The notes below the pieces were generated by a model. The model saw nothing but the letters and a program-made list of their open reading frames with translations, did no database searches and was not told the DNA's origin. A DNA stretch of 64,000 nt, taken from assembly GCA_964016885.1 (NCBI GenBank), contig OZ024749.1, forward strand, positions 39,494,001 to 39,558,000, given 5' to 3'. A program made the position numbers and the translations under genes. This document shows positions 1 through 13,359 of the stretch, one piece after another (within the stretch, counting starts at the first letter, position 1; each line of letters opens with the position of its first letter). The DNA is from Eledone cirrhosa (taxonomy: Eukaryota).

Positions 1-330
1 AATGCTATAAATGAAAGGCAAAGGAGGGAACGAGCAAGGACTGTTAGACAAAGGAAGATAGAAAGGAGGAATGGGGTGAGAGTGACAGACTCTACACCTA
101 TGTCAGAGCAGTGATTCAATTGAGCACCGTGGACAAAATGGCAAAGGCATTTCCGCGGACAATGACCAGTGAGACTCTCTGCAACAGCCACACCATCTCG
201 TGAGGCTCATTCCTCAGATAGGCTGCTGTTCCAATTTTACGGAGAAGATCAGCTGTATAGAGTCCGAGGACCCCTGAGGTCTTGGCAGTGACAACAAAGT
301 AAATAGAGGTATCTTTATATCGAAGTATCG
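1..330 (-). mobile_element. 3' end of a CRE-clade (restriction-like endonuclease) non-LTR retrotransposon, decayed
   Basis: Minus-strand translation ...YFVVTAKTSGVLGLYTADLLRKIGTAAYLRNEPHEMVWLLQRVSLVIVRGNAFAILSTVLN* (stop at 116-118) matches the C-terminal ETxGxxG...QRxSxxxxRGNA pattern of CRE elements (pattern from recall). Confidence 0.7.
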
Positions 331-834
331 CTTATACATTCCAATCGAACACACATACACTTATCATTAAAGGAATTCTAGTCATGATCATCCTGTTTGT
401 TGTTGTTGTTTTTTTAAAATAGAGTTTAACTGCCATTTCGAGCAAGTCCATTGACCACATATAAGTACCTATGACAAAATATTTCTTCAGTGCTGGTCTG
501 TGTACTTCCATGTGTACACACGCACATACATACATTCACACACACACATTCTTTCTATATTAGTCTGACAGAAAATAATAATAATTGTTTCTACGTTTGG
601 CACAAGGCCAGCAATTTGAAGAGACGAGGGAAATTGACTAAATCGACCCCAGTATTACTGGTGCTTTATTTTATCGACTCCGTAAGGAAGAAAAGCAAAG
701 TTAACTTGGTCGGGATTTGAAATTGGAACATAGAAAGTCGTAACTAAATACCGCAAAGTATCATACGCTGTGCGACGTTCTACCGATTACTGCCAGCCCA
801 CCGCTTTACTGACAGATATAATTAGTAATAATAT

Positions 835-1116
835 TAATAATTTCGTTTATTGGCCACAAGAGCCGACATGTAGGGGGACAATACAAAGACACGGACAGTG
901 GGGGTTTACAATAAGCTCAAGTAAAAGTGCACAACAGCAAAACCAATTTAACAATGAGAAATAAAAAATAAATTATGTATAAACATGACAAAATAAAGGG
1001 CGACTTAGGTACCCACCAATCCTGAACAACCCGATGCTTCTAGGGCACCCCTCTCTTCCTCAAATTAACCAGCCTACAGGCGCATGGTCAGAGTAGGCCC
1101 ACTCACACGGGCCATT
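835..1116 (-). mobile_element. 3' end (ORF2 tail plus 3' UTR) of a Tx1/L1-clade LINE
   Basis: Minus translation MARVSGPTLTMRL* is homologous to the terminus of the Tx1 fragment at 49380-50190; ends ...gccaataaacgaa followed by an ATT-type tail. Confidence 0.6.
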
Positions 1117-1134
1117 AATAATAATAATAATAAT

Positions 1135-1467
1135 AATTGTTTCTACTTTTGGCACAAGGCCAGCAATTACTCAGTGCATTACTGGTACTTTATTTTATCG
1201 ACCCCGTAAGGATGAAAGGCGAGGTTAACCTCGGCCGGATTTGAACTCAGATCAAACAGGGAGGTAACTCTTTGCTGCAAAGCATGGCGTCCGACTTTTT
1301 ACTGCCAAATAATAGTAATTGTTTCTACTTTTGGCACAAGGCCAGCAATTATATCAGTGTATTACTGGTACTTTATTTTATCGACCCCGTAAGGATGAAA
1401 GGCAAAATTAACCTCGGCGGATTTGAACTCAGAACGTAAAGGGCCATAACTCTATGCTGCAAAGCAT
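1135..1467 (-). mobile_element. Two tandem copies of tRNA-derived SINE family A
   Basis: Reverse complement of the family consensus (GAGTTCAAATCC B box, gcctttcatccttacggggtcgataaaataaagtaccag core, ATT tail); another copy at ~581-805. Confidence 0.8.
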
Positions 1468-1636
1468 GATGATGATGATTTCTTGGCCATTAAGACTGAA
1501 AACATTATGGATAATACAAAAGAGGAGAACAGAAGGGATTTACATATAAACAACGAAAACAATAATACGTGTGGAATGTTTATATAGTTGGGTACCTTTT
1601 TTTTCTGTCTGATATTGCGTATCATTATGAAAGTAT

Positions 1637-1940
1637 TGGGAGAGGGTCGGACGCCATGCTTTGACGTATAGAGTTACGGCCCTTGCCATTCTGAGTTCAA
1701 ATCCCGCCGAGGTTAACTTTGCCTTTCATCCTTACGGGGTCGATAAAATAAAGTACCAGTAATACACTGGATATTTGATGGCCTTGTGCCTCACGTAGAA
1801 ACAATTATGAAATAAAGTACCAGTAATGCACGGTCTAATTGCTGGCCTGGTGCCAAAAGTAGAAACAATTATGAAATAAAGTACCAGTAATGCAATGAGT
1901 AATTGCTGGCCTTGTGCCTAACGTAGAAACAATTATGAAA
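1637..1940 (+). mobile_element. SINE family A copy with triplicated 3' module
   Basis: B box ctgagttcaaatccc and core, then the aataaagtaccag...gaaacaatt module three times; further partial copies at 2172-2380. Confidence 0.8.
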
Positions 1941-2401
1941 TAAAAACGTTAAATATCGCAAATGAACTTACGTCATGTTTATAAATGTTTGATAGATGAA
2001 ATATAAAATTGGTTTATAAAACGAAAGAAAATAATATCTTGTCGTCATAGTGACTACAGTTTCCGGCTACGCTGACGTTCTTCCTATTTGTTCCGGTCGC
2101 CGCCCAGACACCTAATATCCTAGGTCCCCACACTGTTGTTTTCCTTCTTAACCCTTTATCAATCACATTATTTTTCATCCTTACGGGGTCGATAAAATAA
2201 AGTACCAGTAATGCACTGGGTAATTGCTGGCCTTGTGCCTAAAGTAGAAACAATTATTTTATATATACTCAAATCCCGCCGAGGTTAACTTTGCCTTTCA
2301 TCCTTACGGGGTCGATAAAATAAAGTACCAGTAATACACTGGTTTATTGCTGGCCTTGTGCCTAACGTAGAAACAATTATTTTATATATACTATTATATT
2401 T

Positions 2402-2576
2402 GGCACTGTCATGGTATTAGCTGTCAGTAACTCCACTTACATCGATATACTTTATTTTTTTATTTAAAATAACGCGTGGTGATACGGAAATAAACGATGT
2501 TTACGATTGAGAAGGTTGACGAATGACGTCACCTTCGCCTACTTTTATTTCTGACAGCTAATACCATGACAGTGCC
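2402..2576. mobile_element. Non-autonomous DNA transposon (Merlin-type MITE)
   Basis: Perfect 26-bp TIR ggcactgtcatggtattagctgtcag, GG termini, perfect 8-bp TSD ttatattt; a related palindromic copy lies at ~10980-11160. Confidence 0.75.
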
Positions 2577-3214
2577 TTATATTTTCATGGTAAAGACTTT
2601 ACCTCACATAATATCGAATCTATGAGATTTTGAAAGTATTTATTTTGAGAGGCTCATTTTGCTATGTTTGATTGAAAATAAACATAGATATAACCGGTTC
2701 ATACCTTAACATCAGTTTGAGCGACCAGTTACAGCTAGTTTCAACAGAAAGAGGTAGAGAATTGCGGCCGGTTTGAACACTAAAGGGTTAAAAATCTGAA
2801 AGACACCAGTCCACCAGAGAAAAGAACCGTGAGGTGGGGTTATAGCGATTGTTTAATGGTCGTGTTGGTTTGTTGACTGTGTTGTAGTGTTGATTCGTTT
2901 GTTTTGTTGTGTGGGTGCTCACGTGTAGCTTGCTGTATCGTGGTCACTCCTGTGTGATACTGTGTGCCAAGAGGTTGGATGTGAACAGGTGAGTAAGTAT
3001 TCAATAAGATGATGATATGATAGTTCCTTGATCACGCAGAAAATGAATATATATAAATGAACCACGATGATACCAAACCGTTACATTATTAATTTATTGA
3101 AAATAGCTCACACGGAGTTATAGGAAAATACACAGGGATTATGTACGTTATTTGTTTGTTTGTAAAATGAGAATTAAATTGTATTTACCAAGAAAACTTC
3201 ATGAACTTCACTGG

Positions 3215-4074
3215 GACGTTCCTTACTTTTAGCGGTGTCAAGAATGAAAGTAAATTTATTTTCATTTTCGATTGTTTATCTCATAACAAAAATGTCTGGA
3301 CGAGTATATGGTCGCACTAGGTTAGCTGATGATATTTTGGATGCAAATGACATCCTTAATGATAATGTAACAATTTTTACTCTAATACCTGCGATACACG
3401 GTGACACTGTGTGTGTTGCAGTGGTTGGCAAACAGTGTCAATTGTCCTGTTTGTAATGAGGCTTGCAGATTGAACCGGTATTCTGGGGGTGTTGATAAAT
3501 GGAGATGGCGATGCAACCGCGACAAATTCAGTCAATCGGTACGACGGAATTCTTTTTTTGAACGAAGCCATGTGCGACTGGATCACCTTATTGGTATTAT
3601 ATACATGTGGTGCTATGATCACACACAAGTTGAGATGATTAGAGAAACGGGAGTCTCCGAAAGGACAGTTATAGACTGGTGCAATTGCATTAGAGAAATT
3701 TGTGAGCAGTATTTGGAGGGAAATCCTCAAGAACTTGGAGGATTCGATGACAATGGTGAATCCATCATTGTCGAGATAGACGAATGGAAATACTTCCATA
3801 GAAAGTATCATCGTGGCCTGTGGAGACAAGGCCACTGGTAGGTAATTTAAAATGTTATATGCAATAAACGTTTAAATATGTCATTTTTTTCAACACACAC
3901 AACATGAAAAACAATCAAGTTAATTTTGGGTTTAATGAAAATAAATAATCGAAATGAAAATAAATTTACTTTCATTATCCACGTTTAAACACACACACAC
4001 AAAATGTAAATAAACTATCGAAAATGAAAATAAATTTACTTTCATTCTTGACACCGCTAAAAGTAAGGAACACC
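3215..4074 (+). mobile_element. Internally deleted Merlin (IS1595/ISXO2-like) DNA transposon
   Basis: ~55-60 bp TIRs (g.cgttccttacttttagcggtgtcaagaatgaaag...) and 8-bp TSD ttcactgg/ctcactgg. ORF 3401-3841 has a CPxC zinc motif, WRC, an HTH-like segment and the VEIDE catalytic motif, then truncates. Confidence 0.85.
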
Positions 4075-4633
4075 CTCACTGGCTTGGTTAAGAGAGAGAG
4101 AGAGACCAAGAGATAGAGAAAGTAAGAGTCTGTATGACCCCAGTGGGGTCTGTAGAAAGCAATAGTCTACATGTTTACTCTATCAAGAACTGCTGGTCTG
4201 AAGCAGGCTATTTATCTATCTCGCTTCCTCTGTCCCCAAGCCTGGAGAACAAAGGGGTGACCTCTAGAGGTCGTCCACTTTTAGAATTGTTGAAGCCCGA
4301 AAGGAGATAACCCTCCAAAGGACCATTAAATGTCACCCAGGGGTGGATACTGCACTGGGTGACTGACCATTCTCTGTGGCAATACCTTTTCCATTTTACC
4401 CGCTGGACGCAGCTGAAACACTTCTCAGACAGGGGTGTACAGTCTGTCGCTCCCGCCCACTTTCCCTTTCGTTCGTTGATTAATTTCTTTTTTCTTACTC
4501 TTTATCTGCTTTGTTTTGTTTTGTTTTTGTCTCCTTTTAGACCTGTCAACTCTCCCCGCCCGACGGTGAGATCTCCCTCCCACTTTGGGGTAAGAGATGT
4601 TTCTCTTGCGAAAATAGGTATAGCTTTCATTAT

Positions 4634-4998
4634 GGATAATTGGCAGTATCGGTAGAGGGTCGGACGCCATGCTTTGACGCATAGAGTTACGGCCCTTGCC
4701 ATTCTGAGTTCAAATCCCGCCGAGGTTAACTTTGTCTTTCATCCTTACGGGGTAGATAAAATAAAGTACCAGTAATGCACTAGGATAATTGCTGGCCTGG
4801 TGCCAAAAGTAGAAACAATTATGGATAATTGGCAGTATCGGTAGAGGGTTTGACGCATAGAGTTACGGCCCTTGCCATTCTGAGTTCAAATCCCGCCGAG
4901 GTTAACTTTGCCTTTCATCCTTACGGGGTCGATAAAATAAAGTACCAGTAATGCACTGAGGTAATCGCTGGCCTTGTGCCAATAGTAGAAACAATTAT
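4634..4998 (+). mobile_element. Head-to-tail dimer of SINE family A
   Basis: Two consecutive copies starting tggcagtatcggtagaggg (A box) and ending gtagaaacaattatggataa. Confidence 0.85.
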
Positions 4999-5624
4999 GG
5001 ATAATCTCCCCATTTCGCCTCATTTCTCTCCGTTTTGGGACACTTTTTCATGGTTTGGATTTTTAGAGGTTGGTAGGTCTGCCTTATTGCCAGATCTTTT
5101 TAAAATTCTTCATTATTTGAAATACAGAATATTTCATTATGATCCTGGTAAAAATAATATTGAAAATTATTGTGTACAGTGCTCAGGTGCACTACAACTC
5201 ATCAAAGGTGCATGTATAGTACATAGAATAATGTACAAATGTCAGGAAAGTGAACAGTGCATTAGTCATGATATACACACACACGCGCGCGCGTTTGTAA
5301 TGTGTATGGAGGGGGAATATCAGGTGTAGTGTTGGCGAATTTCGAGAAGAATGGAAGTTTTGAAGGATGCAGTGTCCCAATGAAAGGTTAAGAAGCTAGC
5401 TAGAAATAGATATGCATCATTGCATTCCATGTCCTTTCTTTTGAAAATAGGCTAACCTTGAAATAAGGATGTATTAAATATAAGGTAAAAATATAAACTG
5501 TTGTTTTGTTTTCCTTACTTTACTCTAGTTTTCACTCCTATATTTCTATCTTCCTCCAAAACAATCATAATCACAATGCATCATATAAACTAAAAATATG
5601 TCATAGTCAATGGCTAATATTATT

Positions 5625-5810
5625 TGGATTGGCAGTATCGGTAGAGGATCGGACACCATGCTTTGCAGCAAAGAGTTAAGGCCCTTTCCATTCTGAGTTC
5701 AAATCCCGCCGAGGTTAACTTTGCCTTTCATCCTTACGGGGTCGATAAAATAAAGTACCAGTAATACACTGAAATCATTGCTGGCCTTGTGCCAAAAGTA
5801 TAAACAATTA
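5625..5810 (+). mobile_element. SINE family A, full length
   Basis: A box tggcagtatcggt, B box gagttcaaatcc, core and tail. Other copies: 21160-21320(-), 24672-24858(+), 39252-39430(+), 42750-42925(+), 49168-49347(+), 50933-51121(-), 55855-56635 (three, +). Confidence 0.85.
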
Positions 5811-6508
5811 TTTTCATTTTCTAGGCAATTATGGGAGACAACTCCGGATATGTTTTGATATTCTAACCTTATCACCTAAGCATAGCTGTCACTAAATGTG
5901 TTCACCTTTGTGATAAATGTACATTTATTGATATATTCTAAATAATTTTACTTTTCTTACTCCAATAAATATATAAAAGTGTGTATTTCATGGTTTATTC
6001 ATCAATATTTTTATTTCCACAAAGCCAAAGGAGATTCATCTATTCTGTAGCATAGTCAGTAGATTATCTTCTATAACTGGGATTTGATTTTGAAAATATT
6101 CAGAGAATTTGTTTGTCATAAATAGACAATACATGTGCAAAGATTTCATTCAGTGGAAAATTTGAAAATAAAAAATAAACAAAATTTGATGATCTGTTGG
6201 TACTGGAAGGGTACACAGAAAACACTGTGAGAAGATTAAATAATGTGGCACCTACATTGTTTAAGTGTGAGGTATATTTAGTTGGAATTACAGATGGAGA
6301 AAATGTTGAACTAGATCTGTTCATAATTTCCAGCATTGAAAGAGAATAACTACTACTTTCAAATTTCAAAAATGGCAGTTTAACAGCAACAAAAAGTCTA
6401 CAGTCCCAAACTAGTTTCTTTTAATAATCTCTTGATGAATGGATTTTCCTCCGAAATATAAGGATTTATATATATTATATATATATATATATATAATATA
6501 TATATTAT

Positions 6509-6540
<32 letters not shown>

Positions 6541-6780
6541 ATATATATATATTATATATATATATATTATATATATATATATAATATATATATATAATAT
6601 ATATATATTATATATAAATATATAATATATATATTATATATATATAATATATATATATTATATATATATATATAATATATATATATTATATATATATATA
6701 TTATATTTTATTCAGCTGAAATGGTGATGATGATGATGATATATATATGTGTGTGTGTGTACAAATTTCAATAATGTTAA

Positions 6781-7510
6781 GACACCCTAATGGGGGTTAA
6801 ACGCCCTATAGTGAAAAGTTTGGCCAATAAATGGAACAAGATTTTACGAACTCCTCCTATGGTTTTGGAGATATACCCCCATAACCATATATATTCTGAA
6901 ACTACATTGCCCAGGGTACTTGTATAAGTATATTTCATTTTAATCAAAGGGTTCATCGGGGGCACAAAACCGCCGCTGAAACTTTACCTTCGATTTATAT
7001 GAAATTTAAACCAAAGGTAAATGACAAGATATGATGCCTATTCACAAAATTTCAGCAAATTTTAATAAAATTGAAACACCCTAATGGGGGTTAAACCCCC
7101 TATTAGGGTTCACCGGTGGCACAAACCCCTGCTGAAAATGTTTTCCCTTCGATTTATATGCAATTTAAACCATAGGTAAATGACAAGATATGATGCCTAT
7201 TCACATCATTTCAGCAAATTTCAATATCCTAATGGGGGTTAAACCCCTTATTAGGATTCACCAGGGGGCACAAAATCCCCGCTGAAAATTTTTTCGGTTC
7301 GATTTATATGCAATTTAAACCATAGATAAATGAAGAGATATGATGCCTATTCACAAAATTTCAATACTATAAGACACCTTAATGGTGGTTAAACCCCCTA
7401 TTAGGGTTCCCCGTGGGTACAAACCCCCGCTGAAAACTTTTCCCTTTCGATTTATATGAAACTTAAACCATAGGTAAATGATAAGATATGATGCCTATTC
7501 ACAAAAGTTT
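6781..7510. repeat. ~150-bp tandem repeat (about 4 copies) containing the hairpin ccctaatgggggttaaaccccctattaggg
   Basis: Recurring ttcgatttatatg...aaatgacaagatatgatgcctattcac block at ~150-bp spacing. Confidence 0.8.
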
Positions 7511-7799
7511 TCAATTGATATTTTGAAAAAATTATTTACAAGAAACAAAATAAGAATAAGATTTAATAATGCAATTTTGATTTGATATATTACAAAAAAT
7601 GATGTTTTCCAATGTTTCATGCATTCTATTTTACATTGAGTAATATTGAGTTTTTCTCCATAAATTATATCACTGATTTAAAATCAATCATCATTTTCTT
7701 ACAAAAAAAATGTGTGAAACACAGCAAGGCGCTGGTAATTCAGCTAGTATATATATATATATATGAGTGTGTGTATATATATGTGTGTGTGTGTGTATG

Positions 7800-8395
7800 T
7801 GTGCTCATTATGTAGGAGAGGTGTAGGTAGAAACTCCATCCTCTTCCCCATATGCAAACTATGGGTACACAAGAGATGTAGTGGGATCTCAGGAAGTTTA
7901 GTTAAGAATGTAGGCTTTACATGTAGCAGTTGCACCAGGACAGTAAGCAGCAAAGAATCACTGAAAACAAGTGACATCAATGTCTGGGAGGACTTGGTAA
8001 AAACAATACCGAATTAGCAGCGGAGGAGGGGTGTTCTGAAAGAACGGGATGGAAGAAGTTGAGGGAGCTACTGCCACAGCTGGATACAAAAGGCTTTTCC
8101 CTCAGAATAAAAGGTAGACGGTATGATGTGTGCATATGAACGGCAATGTTGTATGGTAGTGAGAGCTGGGCACTGTGTGTAGAAGACTTGCGTAGATTAG
8201 AAAGGAATGAAGCTTGTATGCTTCGATGGATGTGTAATAGTAATATACGCGAACAGCAAAGCATAAACAAACTGAAAGAGAAACTAGGCATAAGAAGGAT
8301 CAAATGTGTGCAGGAGAGGAGATTATGTTGGTATGGACATGTGATGTGTATGAAGGATGACAGCTACATAAAGTCCCAGAAAGACTTGAGATGAA
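7800..8395 (+). mobile_element. RTE-clade LINE 3' ORF fragment, decayed
   Basis: CKLWVHKRCSGI, GWKKLRELLP, MLYGSESWA, ERRLCWYGHV motifs. Confidence 0.85.
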
Positions 8396-8934
8396 GTGAT
8401 AAAAGCCGACCTTGCCCAATTGCACCTCTGAAAGGCAATGACACAGGACCAAGATCTCTGGCGTTATGAGGTAATACAGAAACCCCAACTTCCCACGGGC
8501 CCAGACCAAGGCTGAAACATACAGTATGCACCACTCCATCCCACCCGCCAATATATCTTTCATGAGAACAGGCCGAAACACTGTAAAGTGGTTGTGATGG
8601 TGACTCGGTAAAAAACACCCAGTCCACACTGTAAAGTAGTCGTGGAGGAATCACAACAAAAAACACCCAGTACTCATTGTAAATGAGCTTGGCATTAGGA
8701 AGGGCATCCAGCTGTAGAAACCAAGCCAAAATCAGTTCTTTATGAGCAAGACATGGTCACCTGACCTAACATTGCCAACAATAGAAGGCACATGGCTCAG
8801 TGGTTGGAGCATTGGGCTTGCAATTGAAAGGTTGTGAGTTTAATTCTCGGACCGGGTGATGTGTTGTTTCCTTGAGCAAGACACTTTATTTTACAATGCT
8901 CCAGTTTACTCAGCTGTAGAAATGAGATGATAGG

Positions 8935-10085
8935 ACTGGGGTTTCCATGTCATAATTATTGATATGTAAAAAAAAAAAGTAAATTGGGAGCACTTTTAAT
9001 GTCTGATTGGGTGGTAAGCACACACACACAAAAAAAAAAAATGCCAATTGAAAGTTTGTCACACCAAAATCAATAGCTTGGTGTGATGTAGTATGGTGTG
9101 GTTTGGTGAAGTTTCTACAAAGATAGTCATTTTCGACAGGTTTCCATGTCATAATTATTGATATGTGGAAGAAAAAAGTAAATTGGGAGCACTTTTAATG
9201 TCTGATTGGGTGGTAAGCACACACACAAAAAAAAAAAAGGAAACGGGAAGAAAATGTTTCACACCAAGATCAATAGCTTGGTGTGATGTAGTATGGTGTA
9301 ACTTGGTATGGTGTGGTTTGGTTTGGTTTGGTGAAGTTATGAAATGGAAACCAATTGTAAACGATAGATTCCCATGTCATATTCATTGATAATGTGTGGG
9401 AAAATAGTCATTTGCAAGCATCTTTGATGTTAGTTTGAGGTGGTAACCACAAAAAAAAAAAAAAAAGCAGGTAGCAAATTTGTCACATTGATGTCCTTAC
9501 CATGGTGTGATGTAAATAGTAGGAGTAGGTGTTCTGTAATAAATTTACCATATAGTGAAGTATGGTTATGGTGAATTTATGGTGTGGATTGGGGTAGATT
9601 AATGTGCTGTGGTGTGCTTTGTTATAAGTGAGGATTTAAATTTCCACTTTGATTTATGTTAGAAAAAAATTTTTTCCTTCATTTTTGCATATGCAATCAA
9701 CTTCCAAGATGCTCGCAGTGAACTATGCTTTTAGCATATTAACAAAAAATATGACTTCTGCTGCAATAACAAATGACTAGCTTTGTAAATGGTATTTCCA
9801 CCCACATCCTCCCTCTTTTTTCTACAAAGCTAGTCATTTTCATCAGGTTTCCATGTCATAACCATTGATAATATGTGCATAAAATAGTAATTTGCGAGCA
9901 CCATTTATGTCAAATTGGGTGGTAAGCACAAAAAAAGGAAGAAAAAAAAAATTGGCGGATGAAAATTTGTCACACCAAAATCAATAGCTTGGTGTGATGT
10001 AGTATGGTGTGGTTTGGTGAAGTTTCCATGTCATAATTATTGATAAGTGGAAAAAAAATAGTCATTTGGGAGCACCTTTAATGCC
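8935..10085. repeat. Degenerate ~200-bp tandem repeat (about 5 copies)
   Basis: gtttccatgtcataattattgat...gggagcacttttaatg...cacaccaaaatcaatagcttggtgtgatgtagtatgg recurs near 8940, 9140, 9370, 9848 and 10022. Confidence 0.75.
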
Positions 10086-10093
10086 AGATTTTT

Positions 10094-10205
<112 letters not shown>

Positions 10206-11409
10206 ATATTAATAAATGGCAACTATATTTGTAAAACCATATTTATTTTATACATATTTCAAGGACACCAAGTTAAATTATAGTGTGCTTTCATCAGATA
10301 AAATATAATATAGAGCAGTTTTATAAATAAATATTGACATACCCTTAAATTGGAAGCTCAATATATATATATATATATAGTAATAATAATAAATTTGAAG
10401 ACTAAAATCCAAAGAGGGCTCGATAAGGATAAATATATATCAAATATATAAGAACCGTAGAGCAAATATTTATTTTAATACATATATATATTGACATATA
10501 AATATATATTTAAATAAACACATGAAACAATCACAAGGGATAATTTGTAAAGTGTGTAAACACACACAGCTAGGTAGGTAACTAATTAAAGTTTAACTAG
10601 ATCTTCAAATATTACCTTTTAAGAAATGATTAATCCTCCTTGTATATGTTGCATTCTTTAATGAAATATATACAAGTGTGTGTGTGTCTGTGTGTGTGTG
10701 AATATATATTTATATATAAGCACTTCATCAGATAAAATACATATATATACATACATACACACATATATATATATGTATGTATGAAACTTAATTATTCGTG
10801 TAATGCGACTCCTGTAACGTTTTTAATAATTATTTGATATTACTTAAACATTTTTTATCTTTTGCTTTTATTCTTTCTTCTTTTCTCCTACGTTTCTTGA
10901 CATTTGCACTATTCCCCTGGAGAAAAATGGCGCCAAACTTTTCCTTTTGAAAGAATAATGTGATTGTGTTCACGTGATATATAGCTGTCAGTCGTGAAAG
11001 TAGCCGATGAAAGCAGGCGAAGGTGACGTCATTCGTCATCGTTTATTTCCGTATTACTACCACCAAGTAACTCCACTTACGCGTGGTAGTAATACGGAAA
11101 TAAACGATGTTTTGCTTTCATCGGCTGCTTTCGACTGATAGCTAATAGCGTTGTAGTGCCCGGCACTTTGTTCAAGTGCCTTCTACTATACCATCGTGGT
11201 AAATAATGCCTTGTGAGTTGAAATTTGGTAGATGGAGACTCTGTTGAAGCCCATATATATATTTTATCGATCGTTTTTTTGTCAAACCTCTAAGTTACGG
11301 AATATAAACATAGACACGGTCTCACACACAGACCCCCCCCCCCATATATATATTTAATATAGAAATGGCTTCTTTCTGTGGTTACTCACTATTGAACCCG
11401 GGATAAACT

Positions 11410-11473
<64 letters not shown>

Positions 11474-12486
11474 ACTGTGTCTATGTTTATATTCTGTAAA
11501 TTAGAGGTTCGACGAAAAAGATCGATAAAATAAGTATCAAGCTTGAAAAAAGTAGTCGAATCCACCACCACAATGCAACCCTAGAAATTATGGCATGAAG
11601 GGTTGGAAAGATTTTTCCATTGAGTCAAGGACATGACAGTCTCTTTAATAGTGCTGGTGCCACAATAAAATGTACCCACTACACTCTGTAAAGTGGTTGA
11701 TGTTTGAAATGGCAGGCAACCATAGAAACCATACCAAAAATGAAACAAACGAACATGATGCCATGAGTTGGACAGATGGTTATATTTCTGAGTCAGTTCT
11801 TATTCAGAGTTATTACCTCCGCAGGGCAGTTCAGAAAGCCACATCTCATGCATATGTCCCATTTTGGCATGGTTTCTTTGGCTGGATGCCATTCCTAACA
11901 CCAACTACTTTACAGAATGTACATAGTGCATTTTATTATGACACCAGCACTACAGAGTTTGTGATGTCCTTTATCACTGAAGAATTCCCTTTACCTTACA
12001 TTGTCTCTGTTTGATCAACAGCTGGTCATTGGGCTGTGGCCATGCTGAGACAGAGTTAAAGACAGAAGAGGAGTAGATAGATGGATGGACGGGTGGGTGG
12101 ATATATAGATAGATTGATGGATACGTAGATAGACAGATGGACGGATAACATGGCAGTAATATTGAGGAGTTTGCTTTGCAATCACATAATTTAGAGGAGA
12201 GATGTTGTGCTGAAAAGGACCAGGCCAACCCATGCAAGTGTGGAAAAGTGGGTGTAAAAATGATTATATATATATATGAAAAATTTGGGGACCCTGATGG
12301 CTGAGCACCTGCTGTTTCAACAGCTTGATCCGAATTGTTTGCATCTAGCTGCTGAAATGACAGGAACTCAGCTGGTGGGGTCCTGAATTTTTCATATTAC
12401 CCACTCTAGTACTCCAGGTATCAAGTACTCTAGTGAGTAATGGTCTAACTGGTTTTTGCTGCATCCATTCTGATTTATATATATAT

Positions 12487-12890
12487 AGTGAGACATGGGC
12501 AGCAACTGCAGAGGATATGCGACGGCTGGAGAGAAATGAAGCAAGCATGCTCCGTTGGATGTGCAATGTCACGACCGAGCATGGATGTGTTGTGAGAGAA
12601 ACTGTGTTTAAGAGGGATAAGTTGTAGTGTGCAGGAGAGAAGACTGCAATGGTATAGACATGTGATGCACATGGAGGATGACCTCTGGGTGAAGAAGTGC
12701 CAAGAAATGCCAATTGAAGGAAGACGTGGTAGAGGAAGACCACGGAAAACCTGGGCGGAGGTGGTGATAGCAGACCTCAGATGGCTGAAGCTCACAGTGG
12801 AGATGATGAAGTGGAGAGATGCTGTGCTGAATAGGACCCATCCCACCCTTGCAAGCAGGGAAAAGTGGACGTAAAATGATGGTGATGATG
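12487..12890 (+). mobile_element. RTE LINE 3' end with (TGA)n tail
   Basis: SETWAATAEDMRRLERNEASMLRWMCNV, QERRLQWYRHV, RGRGRPRKTW; tail ggacgtaaaatgatggtgatgatg. Confidence 0.88.
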
Positions 12891-13255
12891 TATAATATAT
12901 ATATATACATACACTTAGTCGTTAAAATTCCTGTGCTTTCACAGTTTATGATTTGATTGCTTTACTGATAGCTGAAGCTTTGTGTGAATAAGATGTTGCC
13001 TGCTGAAGAGAACCAAATATCTTAATGATGCCTTTTATCTAATAATGGTAATCTGCTAGCCTCTGCCATGACGGGGTGGTAGTAGTACACTATAAGCTTA
13101 CGCCCCTTCACCAGAAAGACATAAGAAGACTTAGTAGTCCTCACTTGAGGGTGGCCAAGTGGACTGGAAACTGCTAAATGTTTGGCCACCCTTACGTCTC
13201 TTGGCCTTTTCAGCCCCATGGATTGTGTCTATTATATTCCTTTGTTATATTTTGA

Positions 13256-13313
13256 ATACCTGATGATGTCACTGGATTCATACTAAACCCGGACATTGAA
13301 ATGTTCATAGTAT
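13256..13313 (+). ncRNA. Minimal type-I hammerhead ribozyme motif (Penelope-like), slightly degenerate
   Basis: atac-CTGATGA-tgtc...gaca tt-GAAA-t-gttc-a-TA|gtat: 4-bp stem I, stem II tgtc/gaca, 1-bp stem III with tetraloop; followed by AATAAA and a TA tract. Confidence 0.55.
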
Positions 13314-13359
13314 AATAAACCTTTAAGGAATTACACCAGTCCAGCCTCTTGTTATTTTA

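Noticed and set aside
5625-5720. tRNA-like A/B boxes in SINE heads
   Set aside because: No complete cloverleaf; they continue into SINE bodies and occur in many decayed copies
6100-6369. 89-aa minus-strand ORF, and exon-like segment at ~5005-5145 (-)
   Set aside because: No recognisable domain; the exon-like piece has stops in all frames and no consistent exon chain could be built
6425-6468. TTGATGA...GAAA hammerhead-like string before a TA tract
   Set aside because: Core mutated and stem III/cleavage site not reconstructable; too degenerate to call
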